In this document: positions 46,686 to 56,826 of the stretch, one piece after another
Layout of the letters: each line of letters opens with the position of its first letter
How positions within the stretch are numbered: position 1 is the stretch's first letter
Origin: Polyangiaceae bacterium
GTDB taxonomy: Bacteria; Myxococcota_A; Polyangia; Polyangiales; Polyangiaceae
Direction: 5' to 3'
Assembly: GCA_050287085.1 (NCBI GenBank)
Contig: JBNKBE010000025.1
Coordinates: 19,097 to 83,096, forward strand
Length of the DNA stretch: 64,000 nucleotides
Program-made: the position numbers and the translations under genes
The notes under the pieces: model-generated
Told to the model about the DNA's origin: nothing
What the model saw: the letters and a program-made list of their open reading frames with translations, nothing else
Database searches by the model: none

Positions 46686-49061
46686 ATGGACAAGGCACTT
46701 CGAGATCTACAGTGGCAAGAATACCTCACGCTCCTGGCCGGGGGTTGCCTGTCCGAGCTCGGCCGCGACAGCCTCCTGGCTCAAATGCCACTCAGCGATC
46801 CCCACCTGGCCCGCACGCGGCACGAACTCGTCCGCGAAGGACTGCGCGCAACGCGGCACCACGGCGCGCTGCCCGTCAAGCGCTTCGCCGGTCTTGGGCC
46901 CCTGCTGACACTGCTAGGCACAGGCCGCGCCGGCAGCGCGGAGCAACTGCGAGATGCCGCGCGTGCGATCGAGCTCACCAGCACGCTGCGGGCATACCTG
47001 TCGGAACACGAGGCGCTGCTAAAGGAAACGCGTCAATGGCTTTTCACGAGCCGCGACCTGGACGCGCTAGGCCACCGACTGCGTGCTGCAATCGATGACG
47101 ACGCGCGCATCCGGGACGAAGCAAGCGAAGGATTGGCACGGGCGCGTCACAGGCTCACGCTACAACGCCGACGCATCCGAGACGCGCAGGGCGCGCTACT
47201 GCGCCGCTTCAGCGGCAGTCTATCGGGACAGTTCTTCGCCGAACACGACGGGCGCTTCGTGCTGCCTGTGCGCACCAGCGCCGGCGATAGAGTACCGGGA
47301 ATCGTCCTCGGTTCGAGCAGCTCCGGCGGCACCCTGTACGTGGAGCCCCACGAACTGACTGAGGCGAACAACCGAGTGCGTACGCTCGAGGCCGAAGTGG
47401 CCACCGCAGAAGCCCTCGTCCTCAGCCAACTGAGCGAAGCCACGGCTCAACACTGGGAAGCGCTCAACCAGGCGCAGCGAGCGCTGGTGCGGGCCGATGA
47501 ACTCCAAGCCGTCGTGCGGTGGGCGCTGACGTCTCAAGCGATCCCGCTGGAGCAGCATCCAGAAAGGACGATTTCCCTCGTTGGCGCTCGCCACCCGCTG
47601 CTGCTGGAAGGGAGAACCCCCACCGTAGCGACTGACGTGAACGTCGCGGCGGGCCAAAGCCTGGTCATCTCCGGGCCAAACGCCGGCGGCAAAACAGTTG
47701 CAATGAAGTGCTTGGGGCTCGCGGCGCTCTGCTTGCGAGCCGGGCTACCGTTCCCCTGCGACGATGCGAGCCGCGTAGGATGGTTCACCGAGGTTTTCAC
47801 GGATATTGGCGATGACCAATCGATGACTCGCTCACTCTCGACTTTCAGCGCACATATCACCAACATCGCGGCGGGGTTGACGCGCGCCCAAACCGGGCAG
47901 TTGGTCCTACTCGACGAGCTCGCCGGCGGCACGGATCCTGAGGAAGGGGCTGCCTTGGCCGCCGCCATACTGGGCGCCTTCGTTGAGCGCGACGCCGCGG
48001 TGGTTGTAACCACCCACTACGACAAGCTGAAGCAGCTCAGCGCAACGAGCCCGGGTAGCTTCAAGAACGCCAGCGTCGGCTTCGATATGACGCGACTCGC
48101 CCCCACTTTTGAACTCACCTTGGGTGTGCCCGGAGCCTCGAGCGCGTTCGCCGTAGCGTCACATTTCGGCATCCCGCCTGAGGTCATCGCCCATGCGAAA
48201 GAGTACATGCCTCCGGATCAAGTCTCGGCGCAGGAGCTGCTCGCTGGACTCGAGCAAGAAAGAGAACGCACCCGGGCAGCTCGGAAGGCTGCTGAAGACG
48301 CGCTTGATGAGATTCAGCTCGAAACGCAGAAGCAGCGACGGGAGCTCGAACGCGAACGCGAACGTGCACGGGCGGAGCTCAAAGACAAGGCGGCGGCCTT
48401 GACCCAGGAGCTGCGACAGGCGCGCGCGGAGCTTCAGCGAGCCAAGACCCTCTGGCTCGATGAAACGGCCGATCGCCAAACGCTGAAGACGGCCGAATCG
48501 CTTCTGAGTGCAGCAGCAGGACCCATCGGCCTGGGCGGCAGCCTAACGGCCGCCACTCGCCCGCCCAATTCGGCTCCCGCGCCCGACCCGACGACACTAC
48601 AACCCGGCACGGTAGTAGAAGTACTGTCCTTGAACACGCGGGGTGAAGTCGTGAGCGTCAAGCGCGACGGAAAGGTCGTCGTGTCCATGGGAGGTCTGAA
48701 GACAACTGTCGACTCAGCCAGTCTTCGCAGCGTCGCCCCTCCAAAACCGCCCCAACGGCCAGCGCGAAAGCGGATGCGACCTGACGCCGGAGATGGATTC
48801 ACCCCTAGCCGAACACTGGCCAACACATGCGATCTGCGAGGACAACGCGTCGAGTCCGGGCTGCACGAGGTCGAACTATTTGTTGACCGCATGCTCTCGC
48901 AAGGTGAGCATGCGGCCTATGTCCTACATGGGCACGGCACGGGGGCCCTGAAAGGCGCTGTAAGAGCCTATTTGCAGGAGTCGCCTTGGGTGACACACCA
49001 GGAAGAGGCCGCCTCAGAAGACGGCGGAGACGCGTTGACCCTCTTCTGGCTGCGCGACTAG
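46686..49061 (+). CDS. mutS2: MutS2 (ATPase + C-terminal Smr domain)
   Basis: S.SG.TLYVEP, ARHPLL, GPNAGGKT, LSTFSAH, LLDEL..GTDP, HGHGTG.LK. Confidence 0.95.
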   Translation: MDKALRDLQWQEYLTLLAGGCLSELGRDSLLAQMPLSDPHLARTRHELVREGLRATRHHGALPVKRFAGLGPLLTLLGTGRAGSAEQLRDAARAIELTSTLRAYLSEHEALLKETRQWLFTSRDLDALGHRLRAAIDDDARIRDEASEGLARARHRLTLQRRRIRDAQGALLRRFSGSLSGQFFAEHDGRFVLPVRTSAGDRVPGIVLGSSSSGGTLYVEPHELTEANNRVRTLEAEVATAEALVLSQLSEATAQHWEALNQAQRALVRADELQAVVRWALTSQAIPLEQHPERTISLVGARHPLLLEGRTPTVATDVNVAAGQSLVISGPNAGGKTVAMKCLGLAALCLRAGLPFPCDDASRVGWFTEVFTDIGDDQSMTRSLSTFSAHITNIAAGLTRAQTGQLVLLDELAGGTDPEEGAALAAAILGAFVERDAAVVVTTHYDKLKQLSATSPGSFKNASVGFDMTRLAPTFELTLGVPGASSAFAVASHFGIPPEVIAHAKEYMPPDQVSAQELLAGLEQERERTRAARKAAEDALDEIQLETQKQRRELERERERARAELKDKAAALTQELRQARAELQRAKTLWLDETADRQTLKTAESLLSAAAGPIGLGGSLTAATRPPNSAPAPDPTTLQPGTVVEVLSLNTRGEVVSVKRDGKVVVSMGGLKTTVDSASLRSVAPPKPPQRPARKRMRPDAGDGFTPSRTLANTCDLRGQRVESGLHEVELFVDRMLSQGEHAAYVLHGHGTGALKGAVRAYLQESPWVTHQEEAASEDGGDALTLFWLRD

Positions 49062-49181
49062 GCAAACGACACATCCGCCAGTCCCACGAATTTTTCCACA
49101 GGACATCCACTGAGCCGACCGGGAGCGCCGGAGACAGGTAGTCATTGGCTTTTGGCCCCTGAGTGTTACACCTAACCTACT

Positions 49182-50636
49182 GTGCGCCCCACCATCGACG
49201 CAAGCCCCATTCTGAGGCGGGCGCTGGACGAGAACTATCGCAAGCTGTCGCTCGTCACGGCAATGCTGCCACTGACGGCCTTGGTCAGCGCCGCAGCATT
49301 TCACGGCACTCACCCCGTCGCCACACTGCTAGCTTGGTGCGCGAGCGTGGGCGCTCTCTCGGCCCTCAGCTGGGCGGCGACGCGTCGCTACTTCACCAGG
49401 CAGGCAACGCTATCGTTGACCGGGTGGGCGCGACTCCGCACCGTCAGTGCCGGACTCAACGGGCTATCGGTCGGCGCAGTGCTCGCCACTGTGCTCTACG
49501 TCCCGGACAACCCTCTGCTCGAGAGCTTCATGACCACTGTGGTGGTCGGTACAACCGCAGCTGCACTGCTGAGCTCGTCTACCTATTTCCCGGCCCTGCG
49601 CACGTTTCAGGTCGTCAATACGGCGCCATTGATCCTACGATTCGCGATGGAGGGTGGCTCGACACGATGGGCGCTGGCGACGCTACTCGCCATGTTCCTG
49701 GCCGCATCACTCGCCTTGGGCCATCGCCTAAACGCGACGTTCCGACAGTCGCTCACTCTGGCTCTGGAGAATGAAGCACTGCTCAACGAATTGGGTCAGG
49801 CGCGTGACTTTCTGGCAGAGGCCAATGCGAACCTCAGTCAGAAAGTCGCAGAGCGTACCCACGAACTCCAACAAGCGCTCGAAAGCAAGGCCGAGTCCGA
49901 CGCCCGCCTACTGCAGGCTCAACGCATGGAGGCCGTCGGGCTGCTCGCCGGCACCGTCGCCCACGACTTCAACAACCTCCTGACCGGCATCATGGGCTTC
50001 GCGTCGCTAGCGGTGGTGCGCACGCCCAAAGATCATCCCAGCCAAGACGCGCTCAGTGAAGTGGTGGCGGGCTGTGAGCGGGCGGCCTCGCTAACCCAGC
50101 AGCTGCTGACCTTCTCACGAGGGAGCGTAGCGGAAACAGCAAGCGTGGACCTATGCCGCGTCATCGAGAACCTAACCCCCATGCTTGAATCGCTGATTGG
50201 TGCCGACGGCCAGCTCGTTACCACCCTCCCCCACCAAGCGCTCCATGTTCAAAGCAGCGCGTCCGGTATCGATCAGCTACTGATGAACCTTGTCATCAAC
50301 GCTCGCGACGCGACCAAGCAAGACGCTCGCGTTGAAATCGTCGTCGACGCCGTCGACACCCCAAGCCCCGCAATGAAAGGCCGCTACGCGCGTCTGCGGG
50401 TTAGCGACAACGGGAGCGGAATCGCAGACAGCATTCGACAGCGCTTGTTTGAACCTTTCTTCAGCACCAAAGGAGAAGCGGGTCATGGGTTGGGCCTCAC
50501 AACGTGTTTCGGGGTCGTTCAGCGCGCCGGTGGAACGATTGAAGTGGAAAGCACGGGCCCAAGCGGGACAACGTTCCTCATCTACTTGCCCGAGGTGAGT
50601 CAGGCGCGCAATCTGATGGCGGCCACCCCCCAGTAG
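49182..50636 (+). CDS. membrane sensor histidine kinase
   Basis: Multiple TM helices, AHDFNNLL H-box, NLVINARDA, D.G.G, FEPFFSTK, GLGL; no receiver domain. Confidence 0.93.
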   Translation: MRPTIDASPILRRALDENYRKLSLVTAMLPLTALVSAAAFHGTHPVATLLAWCASVGALSALSWAATRRYFTRQATLSLTGWARLRTVSAGLNGLSVGAVLATVLYVPDNPLLESFMTTVVVGTTAAALLSSSTYFPALRTFQVVNTAPLILRFAMEGGSTRWALATLLAMFLAASLALGHRLNATFRQSLTLALENEALLNELGQARDFLAEANANLSQKVAERTHELQQALESKAESDARLLQAQRMEAVGLLAGTVAHDFNNLLTGIMGFASLAVVRTPKDHPSQDALSEVVAGCERAASLTQQLLTFSRGSVAETASVDLCRVIENLTPMLESLIGADGQLVTTLPHQALHVQSSASGIDQLLMNLVINARDATKQDARVEIVVDAVDTPSPAMKGRYARLRVSDNGSGIADSIRQRLFEPFFSTKGEAGHGLGLTTCFGVVQRAGGTIEVESTGPSGTTFLIYLPEVSQARNLMAATPQ

Positions 50637-50796
50637 CCAGCTGCCACGCTTCGGTATTGCTGGTCGAGCACCAAGTCGCCATGGGGCTTCGCTAGGTCGC
50701 CGTGCAGGGCTTAGCTGGCCCGCCAAGATCACCCTTCGCGGCCTCCCGCTTCAGAACGAAGCCGCGCCGATGCCGGCGATCCAAACCAGCGGCGCT

Positions 50797-51642
50797 CTAA
50801 GGGGCCCCAGGTTTCGGCAGCTGGTCAGCCAACAAGGCGAGGAGCGCGTCGGGATTGTCAACGTGTAGCCAGTGCCCGGCATTGGCAATCATATGGTAGA
50901 AGACGCGCGTCGATGAGGACAACGACTGTACCCGGCTCTTCATCAGCGGCGCCCACCGGTCGCTATGTTCGGCAACAACCAACCGAAGCTCGGTACGCGT
51001 CTTGGGACTTTCCAGGTATGCCCATAAGTCCCGGGCGAAGTAGTCGCGCAGGAGTTCCTCGATCGCATCGAGATCAAACGCCCAAACGTATCGATCTTCC
51101 TCCCGCCGCAAGTTGGTTGTCATCCAGCGCGCCAGAGCGCCGCTAAGTCCTCGCGCCTCGATGGCCGCGACAACGTCCGCGCGGTTGTTGATCGGCTCCG
51201 GCACAGAGCGGATGGCACGAATGACGGTGAGGATTTCGTGGTCCACCCCGGCGGTTTGAGGCCCGGGGTTGGAATCCAACACCCAGACCTGCTCCAACTC
51301 CTCCGGATACAGACGCGCGTATTCAATGGCCACCTTGCCACCGAAAGAGTGTCCTATCACACAGGAAACGGGCTCGAACTCCGGTCGCTCTTCCACCCAA
51401 TAGGAACGCAGAGTCCTCAGGTCCCGCGCGCACGCCTCCAGCGTGTGGGGCGGCGGCGCAGGCACGCTGGCTCCGTGGTTGCGCAGGTCGACGAGCACAA
51501 AGGCGTAGTGCGGCAGGCGCTCACAGAGCTTGCGTGCAATGCCTCTGAAGTTCTGTCCGGACCCCAATGCGCCGTGAAGAATGAACGCGACGCGCCGAGC
51601 CCCACTCTTGGCCACGATGCTGTGGTTGACAAGAAAGCTCAT
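50797..51642 (-). CDS. alpha/beta hydrolase (YbfF/ABHD11-like esterase)
   Basis: LHG.LGS..N, DLRNHG.S, GHSFGG, AGHWLH.DNP. Confidence 0.9.
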   Translation of the reverse strand: MSFLVNHSIVAKSGARRVAFILHGALGSGQNFRGIARKLCERLPHYAFVLVDLRNHGASVPAPPPHTLEACARDLRTLRSYWVEERPEFEPVSCVIGHSFGGKVAIEYARLYPEELEQVWVLDSNPGPQTAGVDHEILTVIRAIRSVPEPINNRADVVAAIEARGLSGALARWMTTNLRREEDRYVWAFDLDAIEELLRDYFARDLWAYLESPKTRTELRLVVAEHSDRWAPLMKSRVQSLSSSTRVFYHMIANAGHWLHVDNPDALLALLADQLPKPGAP

Positions 51643-51758
51643 ATTGTCTGCCCGCGTATCACGAAGGCAAAGAGCCGTCATCATTCGCGGCACGCCCTGA
51701 GCACTTCCAGCGCGGAACGCCCTACGCGCTAGGGCTGGCTCACGGATCGGCCGGAGCG

Positions 51759-52487
51759 TTATGACTTTCCCAGTCGCGGGCGCGAAGACTGGCCCAAAGC
51801 CGCACGCAGGTTGAGCGCGTAGGCTGGCGCCGCAAGCTCATGTTTGAAGAAGACGAAACAATCACGCCAGCTCCCCTCTTCCAAGCGACTCGCCCAAGCG
51901 TCGATCTCCGCCTCGGAATACTCGCCACGCCGGAGTCTGAAAAACCCGACCGGCGCCCGCACGTCGAGCGGAGGCAGCTCGCGCTCCGCCGAATCGGCAA
52001 GGCAGAGGGCTGCACCATGCTGCTCGAGAATCACCCGCACTTCGGGCACGAACCATGAGGGGTGCCGGAATTCAAACGCGAGCGTCGGTCCCTCGCCCCA
52101 GAGTTCCAGGAATTGCTCCAAGGCCAATAGGTTGAGTCTGCTGTTGGGCGGCAGCTGCACCAGAACCGCCCCGAGAGATTCGGCGAAACCCTTGAGGCGC
52201 TCGCGCAAGAGCGCGGTGGGCTCTCGCACGTCCTCCAAGCGCCGGAGGTGTGAGATCTGGCGCGGCGCCTTGACCACAAAGCGAAAAGGGTGCGGCGCTG
52301 CAGCAGCCGCGTTCGCCCACGCCTGAACCGCCGCCTCCGAGGGCATTCGGTAGAAGGTATTGTTGAGCTCCACCGTCTGCAGCTCTGAGGCGTAGAAGGC
52401 GAGACGCTCCCCTGCTTTCAAACCGTCCGGATAGAAGCTGCCCCGCCACTCGTCGTACGCAAAGCCACTGGTCCCAACCCAAATCAT
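51759..52487 (-). CDS. DUF72 domain protein
   Basis: VGTSGF.Y..W.G.FYP, VELNNTFYR, QLPP, EFRHPSW. Confidence 0.92.
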   Translation of the reverse strand: MIWVGTSGFAYDEWRGSFYPDGLKAGERLAFYASELQTVELNNTFYRMPSEAAVQAWANAAAAAPHPFRFVVKAPRQISHLRRLEDVREPTALLRERLKGFAESLGAVLVQLPPNSRLNLLALEQFLELWGEGPTLAFEFRHPSWFVPEVRVILEQHGAALCLADSAERELPPLDVRAPVGFFRLRRGEYSEAEIDAWASRLEEGSWRDCFVFFKHELAAPAYALNLRAALGQSSRPRLGKS

Positions 52488-52858
52488 GGTAGTGACCTCA
52501 TAGCAGTCGACCGCCAGCTCGGTCACCTCGGAACCTGGCGCTGTTGTCTCGTTCGCTCTGCTAGTGCGCGCGAACTCCCGCGCGCCGCAAGCGATAATCC
52601 GTTTGCACTACTGGCCCACGCGAAGCGAATTGGCGTCCATATGTACGGCCTCACGGCCGCCGGTGTGCGACAATTAGTTCCTCTCATTCTCGTCCACAGG
52701 TCTCGTCCGCGCATTCTCGAAGAAGCGTGCGGGGCTGGCTATTTTGGGTCTCCGGCTGCAGACAACTTGTCCACGCCTTCTGCACACCATCGAGAAAAAC
52801 TCTCGGGAGTTCGGTGACCTTCTGTGCGATCAACGCGCTTGTCGTCTGCTTCAGCTCC

Positions 52859-53302
52859 ATGTCGAAGCCCAACCCCTCACCGCCCCTACTCCTCGTGGAG
52901 AACGACCCGCTCGTGGGTCGCGCAACCGAGCGTGCCCTCCGCCATGTTGGCTGGGACGCCCTTTGGGCCAAGTCCGCCCGCGAAGGCGCGGCCGTGCTCG
53001 CGCGGCGGCAACGCTTCCCCGCGGGTGTGTTTGATATCGATCTGGGCGATGGCAGTGGAGTCGATTTGGCGGTCCAATATCTCCATGCCGGCCTGCTGGA
53101 CAGTGTTGTCTTCTTCACCGCGTCTCCGGACTGCCTCGCGTTGAGGCAGGCCCAGGCCCTGGGACAAGTCGTGAGCAAGGCGCGAGGAGCCGCGGGTTTG
53201 CTCCGCGTTCTGGCTCGAATGAGACAGGATACGGGTGTCCGAAAGGTGCTCGGCCAGCACGCCTCGGAGTCTGCGAGTCAAGCGACCAAAACCGGCACCT
53301 AG
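52859..53302 (+). CDS. single-domain response regulator (receiver)
   Basis: LLVEND, FDIDL.DGSG, FFT, K; start chosen at ATG 52859. Confidence 0.75.
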   Translation: MSKPNPSPPLLLVENDPLVGRATERALRHVGWDALWAKSAREGAAVLARRQRFPAGVFDIDLGDGSGVDLAVQYLHAGLLDSVVFFTASPDCLALRQAQALGQVVSKARGAAGLLRVLARMRQDTGVRKVLGQHASESASQATKTGT

Positions 53303-53479
53303 CCTCCGCTATTCCCGCCACGAATTTTGCGACAACCTGGGTCCTTGCGCCACTACCCAAGCGCTCGCTCGCACGATATACGTTGCTCAGCGCGGCCTCG
53401 ACGCAGCGAGCGGACAAGCAGCGGGTGAAGCTCGCCCGATAGGGCGGTGCGACTCGCGAACGACCGCCTGCTCGGCGCT

Positions 53480-53510
53480 CTCCGACGCAAGTAACTCCGA
53501 CGCAAGGTAA
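53480..53510. repeat. 15/16-bp direct repeat x2 upstream of moxR
   Basis: CTCCGACGCAAGTAA followed by CTCCGACGCAAGGTAA. Confidence 0.75.
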
Positions 53511-53564
53511 ACGGAATACAGAACAATCCGCGGTGGCTATCGGTCACTGAGAGATGGAAGGACA

Positions 53565-54551
53565 ATGCAAGACGTTCGTGGTTTGAACGAAATGGTGGCA
53601 CAGGAAAGTGCGTTTGTGGACGACCTACTCGCCGAGATTGGCAAGGTAGTCGTCGGACAGACGCATATGATCGAGCGCTTGCTCATTGGGCTTCTGAGCG
53701 GTGGTCACGTGCTCCTGGAGGGCGTCCCGGGACTTGCCAAGACGCTCACTGTCAAGACCATCTGCGACGCGATCTCGGCGAAATTCTCGCGAATCCAATT
53801 CACCCCCGACCTGCTTCCTGCCGATCTCATCGGTACCGTGATCTACAATCAAAAGACCGCGGAGTTCACCAGCAAACTGGGCCCGATATTCGCCAATCTG
53901 GTGTTGGCGGACGAAATCAATCGTGCGCCCGCGAAGGTGCAGAGCGCACTCCTCGAGGCCATGCAGGAGCATCAGGTAACCATCGGGGACTCGACCTACA
54001 AGCTGCCCGAGCCATTCGTCGTAATGGCCACGCAAAACCCCATCGAGCAAGAGGGCACATACCCCCTCCCGGAAGCGCAAACGGACCGCTTCATGCTGAT
54101 GGTGCGGGTTGGCTATCCCAGTCGCGACGAGGAGCGGCAGGTCATGGACCGAATGACCCAGGGCGCGCCAGTGGCCATCAAGAGCCAAGTTACGCCCGAA
54201 GCACTCATGAAGGCGCGACGAGTCGTCAAAGACATCTATACCGACGACCGGGTGAAGGACTACATCGTCAACATCGTCTTCGCGACGCGCGAACCCGGTA
54301 AGAACGGCCTGAAAGACCTCGAGGGGCTCATCGAACACGGCGCAAGTCCGCGCGCGAGCATCGCCTTGAGTCTTGCGGCCCGCGCGCACGCCTTCCTGCG
54401 TCATCGCGGCTACGTCACCCCCGAAGACGTCAAGGCCGTAGGCCCCGACGTTTTACGGCATCGCCTTGTGCTGAGCTATGAAGCCGAAGCCGAAGAAGTC
54501 ACGGCCGAAGACGTCGTCCGCAAGGTCTTTGAGGTGGTGGAGGTTCCTTAG
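53565..54551 (+). CDS. moxR: MoxR-family AAA+ ATPase
   Basis: GVPGLAKT, RIQFTPDLLP.D, LADEINRAP.KVQSALLEAM, TQNPIEQEGTYPLPEAQ.DRF. Confidence 0.97.
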   Translation: MQDVRGLNEMVAQESAFVDDLLAEIGKVVVGQTHMIERLLIGLLSGGHVLLEGVPGLAKTLTVKTICDAISAKFSRIQFTPDLLPADLIGTVIYNQKTAEFTSKLGPIFANLVLADEINRAPAKVQSALLEAMQEHQVTIGDSTYKLPEPFVVMATQNPIEQEGTYPLPEAQTDRFMLMVRVGYPSRDEERQVMDRMTQGAPVAIKSQVTPEALMKARRVVKDIYTDDRVKDYIVNIVFATREPGKNGLKDLEGLIEHGASPRASIALSLAARAHAFLRHRGYVTPEDVKAVGPDVLRHRLVLSYEAEAEEVTAEDVVRKVFEVVEVP

Positions 54552-54763
54552 CAGGGCTCCCCCACAAGCTCGGCGCTAGCAGGAGCCCAACGTCCCCATC
54601 ATGAATAGACACGATCCCGATAGGCCAAAGGTAGCGGCAACCAGGCAGCCCCCCCCGGGGCCGCCCTCGTGCTGCGACACTTGTAGAATCGGTTCTTAGC
54701 CACAACCCGCGAGTTCGGACGGTGCGCTCAAGCGCCCGCCCACTCGTTCGAGAGCCCCAAGAC

Positions 54764-55645
54764 GTGATTCCGAAAGAACTACTGAAGGCGCTGCGCAAGA
54801 TCGAAATCACAACCAATCGACTTGCCAATGAGCAGCTCGCCGGCAACTACACGTCCGGCTTCAAGGGACAAGGATTGGCGTTCCGTGAGGTACGCCAATA
54901 CCAGCCGGGCGACGACATCCGAACGATAGACTGGAACGTCAGCGCTCGGATGGACGAAGCGTACGTCAAGGTCTTTGTCGAAGAGCGGGAGATGACCGTT
55001 ATGCTGGTCGTTGATGTTTCCGCAAGTCAGCTCTTCGGCTCAGCGGCAAGCAACAAGGCTCGGCTGGCTGCTGAGGTTGGTGCTCTATGTGCTTTCTCGG
55101 CCATCAAGAACAACGACCGCGTTGGACTAATACTATTTGGTCAGGACGTAGAAAAGATCGTTCCGCCCCAGAAGGGTCGAAAGCATGTGATGCGCGTCAT
55201 CCGTGAGATACTCGCAGCCAAACCCCAAGCACGGGGCACGAACCTCTCAGCCGGGCTGCACACCCTTGCGAAAGTTGCGCGCCGGCGCAGCGTGGCGTTT
55301 TTCATCAGCGACTTCATGGGGCAGGACTACGAGCGAGCGTTGTCCGTGGCAGCGGTACGTCACGACTTGATTCCGCTGATGCTCTGCGATCCCCGCGACG
55401 AGGAATTGCCCAATGTGGGGCTGGCGCAATTCGAAGACCTAGAATCCGGCGAGGAGGTGTTGGTCGACACCAGCGACCGACGCGTGCGAGCACACTACGC
55501 CACGACCGCAAGGCGTGCCCGCGAAGCGAGAATACGCCTGTTCAACAAGCACGGCCTGGACCATGCAATCGTGCACACGGACCGCCCTTATATCCTTCCG
55601 ATGCGCGAGCTATTCAACCGCCGAGCCAAGAGGGCACATCGATGA
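54764..55645 (+). CDS. DUF58 domain protein (MoxR-associated)
   Basis: FKG.G..F.EVR.Y.PGDD.R.IDWNVSAR, ISDF, DPRD, D.E.GE. Confidence 0.93.
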   Translation: MIPKELLKALRKIEITTNRLANEQLAGNYTSGFKGQGLAFREVRQYQPGDDIRTIDWNVSARMDEAYVKVFVEEREMTVMLVVDVSASQLFGSAASNKARLAAEVGALCAFSAIKNNDRVGLILFGQDVEKIVPPQKGRKHVMRVIREILAAKPQARGTNLSAGLHTLAKVARRRSVAFFISDFMGQDYERALSVAAVRHDLIPLMLCDPRDEELPNVGLAQFEDLESGEEVLVDTSDRRVRAHYATTARRAREARIRLFNKHGLDHAIVHTDRPYILPMRELFNRRAKRAHR

Positions 55646-56826
55646 GGCGGCGCCACCATCAACGACGGATCGCCGCAGTTGGGGTACTGAGCGCACTCGC
55701 CTGGCCAGGTGCCGCTGGTGGCGTAGCCGCCCCCGCACCATCCCAGTCGACCCAAGCGCCCGACTTTCCGTCTGCACCCGAGCCCGCAGCACCCCAGCCC
55801 GCAGTACCCGAGCCCAGCGCAGCACCCGAGCCCGACGTCCTCGGACCGTGCCGGGAGAATCTGCCGAGTGGCAAGGAGCGGCCGCTCACGCAAGAGCACT
55901 TCCCTCAACGTGGTCTCGCCGGGCACAGCGCGACCCTGACGGTCGAGGTGACACACGGCCCCGGGGAGCGAGTGCTCCCAAGTGGACTCAAGCTGCAGAG
56001 CCAAAGCGATACGCGCAGTGCGATCGAACGTGCCGGGTTTGCTTTCCCCAACGCTAAGGCGCTGGTTCAGCCAAGTGTTCAGCCCCAAGTCGCAGACGGC
56101 GCCGAGCGCAAGACGGAGGTCGCGATTCCCCTGATACTGCTCCCGAAGGAGCCTGGACGGAACGAGCTCGTGCTGCCTTCGCTCCCCATCGCCATGACGC
56201 GGGCCAGCGGCGAAGTCATTACCTTCTGCACGCGCAGTCATCGCATCTTGGTCGAAGACCCGATCGCCAACACGCCGAACGCCGAACCCAAGGCAAACCC
56301 CAAACCGAGGCGCCAAGACGAAATCTGGGAAGCGCTGAGGACTGGGACCTACGCCACCTTGGTGGGTGTCGCCGCTGGTCTGGTAGCCTTAGGATTGTGG
56401 ACGCTGTGGCGGCGGCGACCTCGCAAACTCCCGCCACCAACCCCTCCTCGTCCGGCCTGGGAAGTTGCGCTAGAAGAGCTACACGACATTCACTATGCGC
56501 AACTCATCGCTCAGGGCCGCCTTGATGACCATTTCGATCGCGTATCCAATACGCTGCGCAAGTATCTCGGCGGACGCTATGGCTTCGACGGTCTGGAAAG
56601 CACGACACGCGAGATTCTAGAGCGGGTTCCGGACGGAACGTCTCTCCCGGCTGGCGTCCGCGACGAAATCGACGTCTTCCTTGCCGAGTCCGATCTGGTG
56701 AAGTTTGCCAACGTGGCTCCGACGGAAGCCCAATGTCGGGGCGGCTGGCAGCGAGCCAAGACCATCGTCGAGCGTACGCGTCCTGCACCTACGGTCTCCA
56801 ACGAAGTCGCGAGGAGTGAGCCGTGA
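55642..56826 (+). CDS. Bat-operon membrane protein (signal, Ig-like part, TM helix, helical tail)
   Basis: Position between DUF58 and batA; S..LR.YL..RY…LESTT.E and DLVKFA motifs typical of this slot. Confidence 0.75.
   Translation: MRRRHHQRRIAAVGVLSALAWPGAAGGVAAPAPSQSTQAPDFPSAPEPAAPQPAVPEPSAAPEPDVLGPCRENLPSGKERPLTQEHFPQRGLAGHSATLTVEVTHGPGERVLPSGLKLQSQSDTRSAIERAGFAFPNAKALVQPSVQPQVADGAERKTEVAIPLILLPKEPGRNELVLPSLPIAMTRASGEVITFCTRSHRILVEDPIANTPNAEPKANPKPRRQDEIWEALRTGTYATLVGVAAGLVALGLWTLWRRRPRKLPPPTPPRPAWEVALEELHDIHYAQLIAQGRLDDHFDRVSNTLRKYLGGRYGFDGLESTTREILERVPDGTSLPAGVRDEIDVFLAESDLVKFANVAPTEAQCRGGWQRAKTIVERTRPAPTVSNEVARSEP

Noticed and set aside
53625..54404. Long antisense ORFs here and over atpA, clp, rlmI and ligD
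   Set aside because: Expected shadows in GC-rich coding DNA; no motifs
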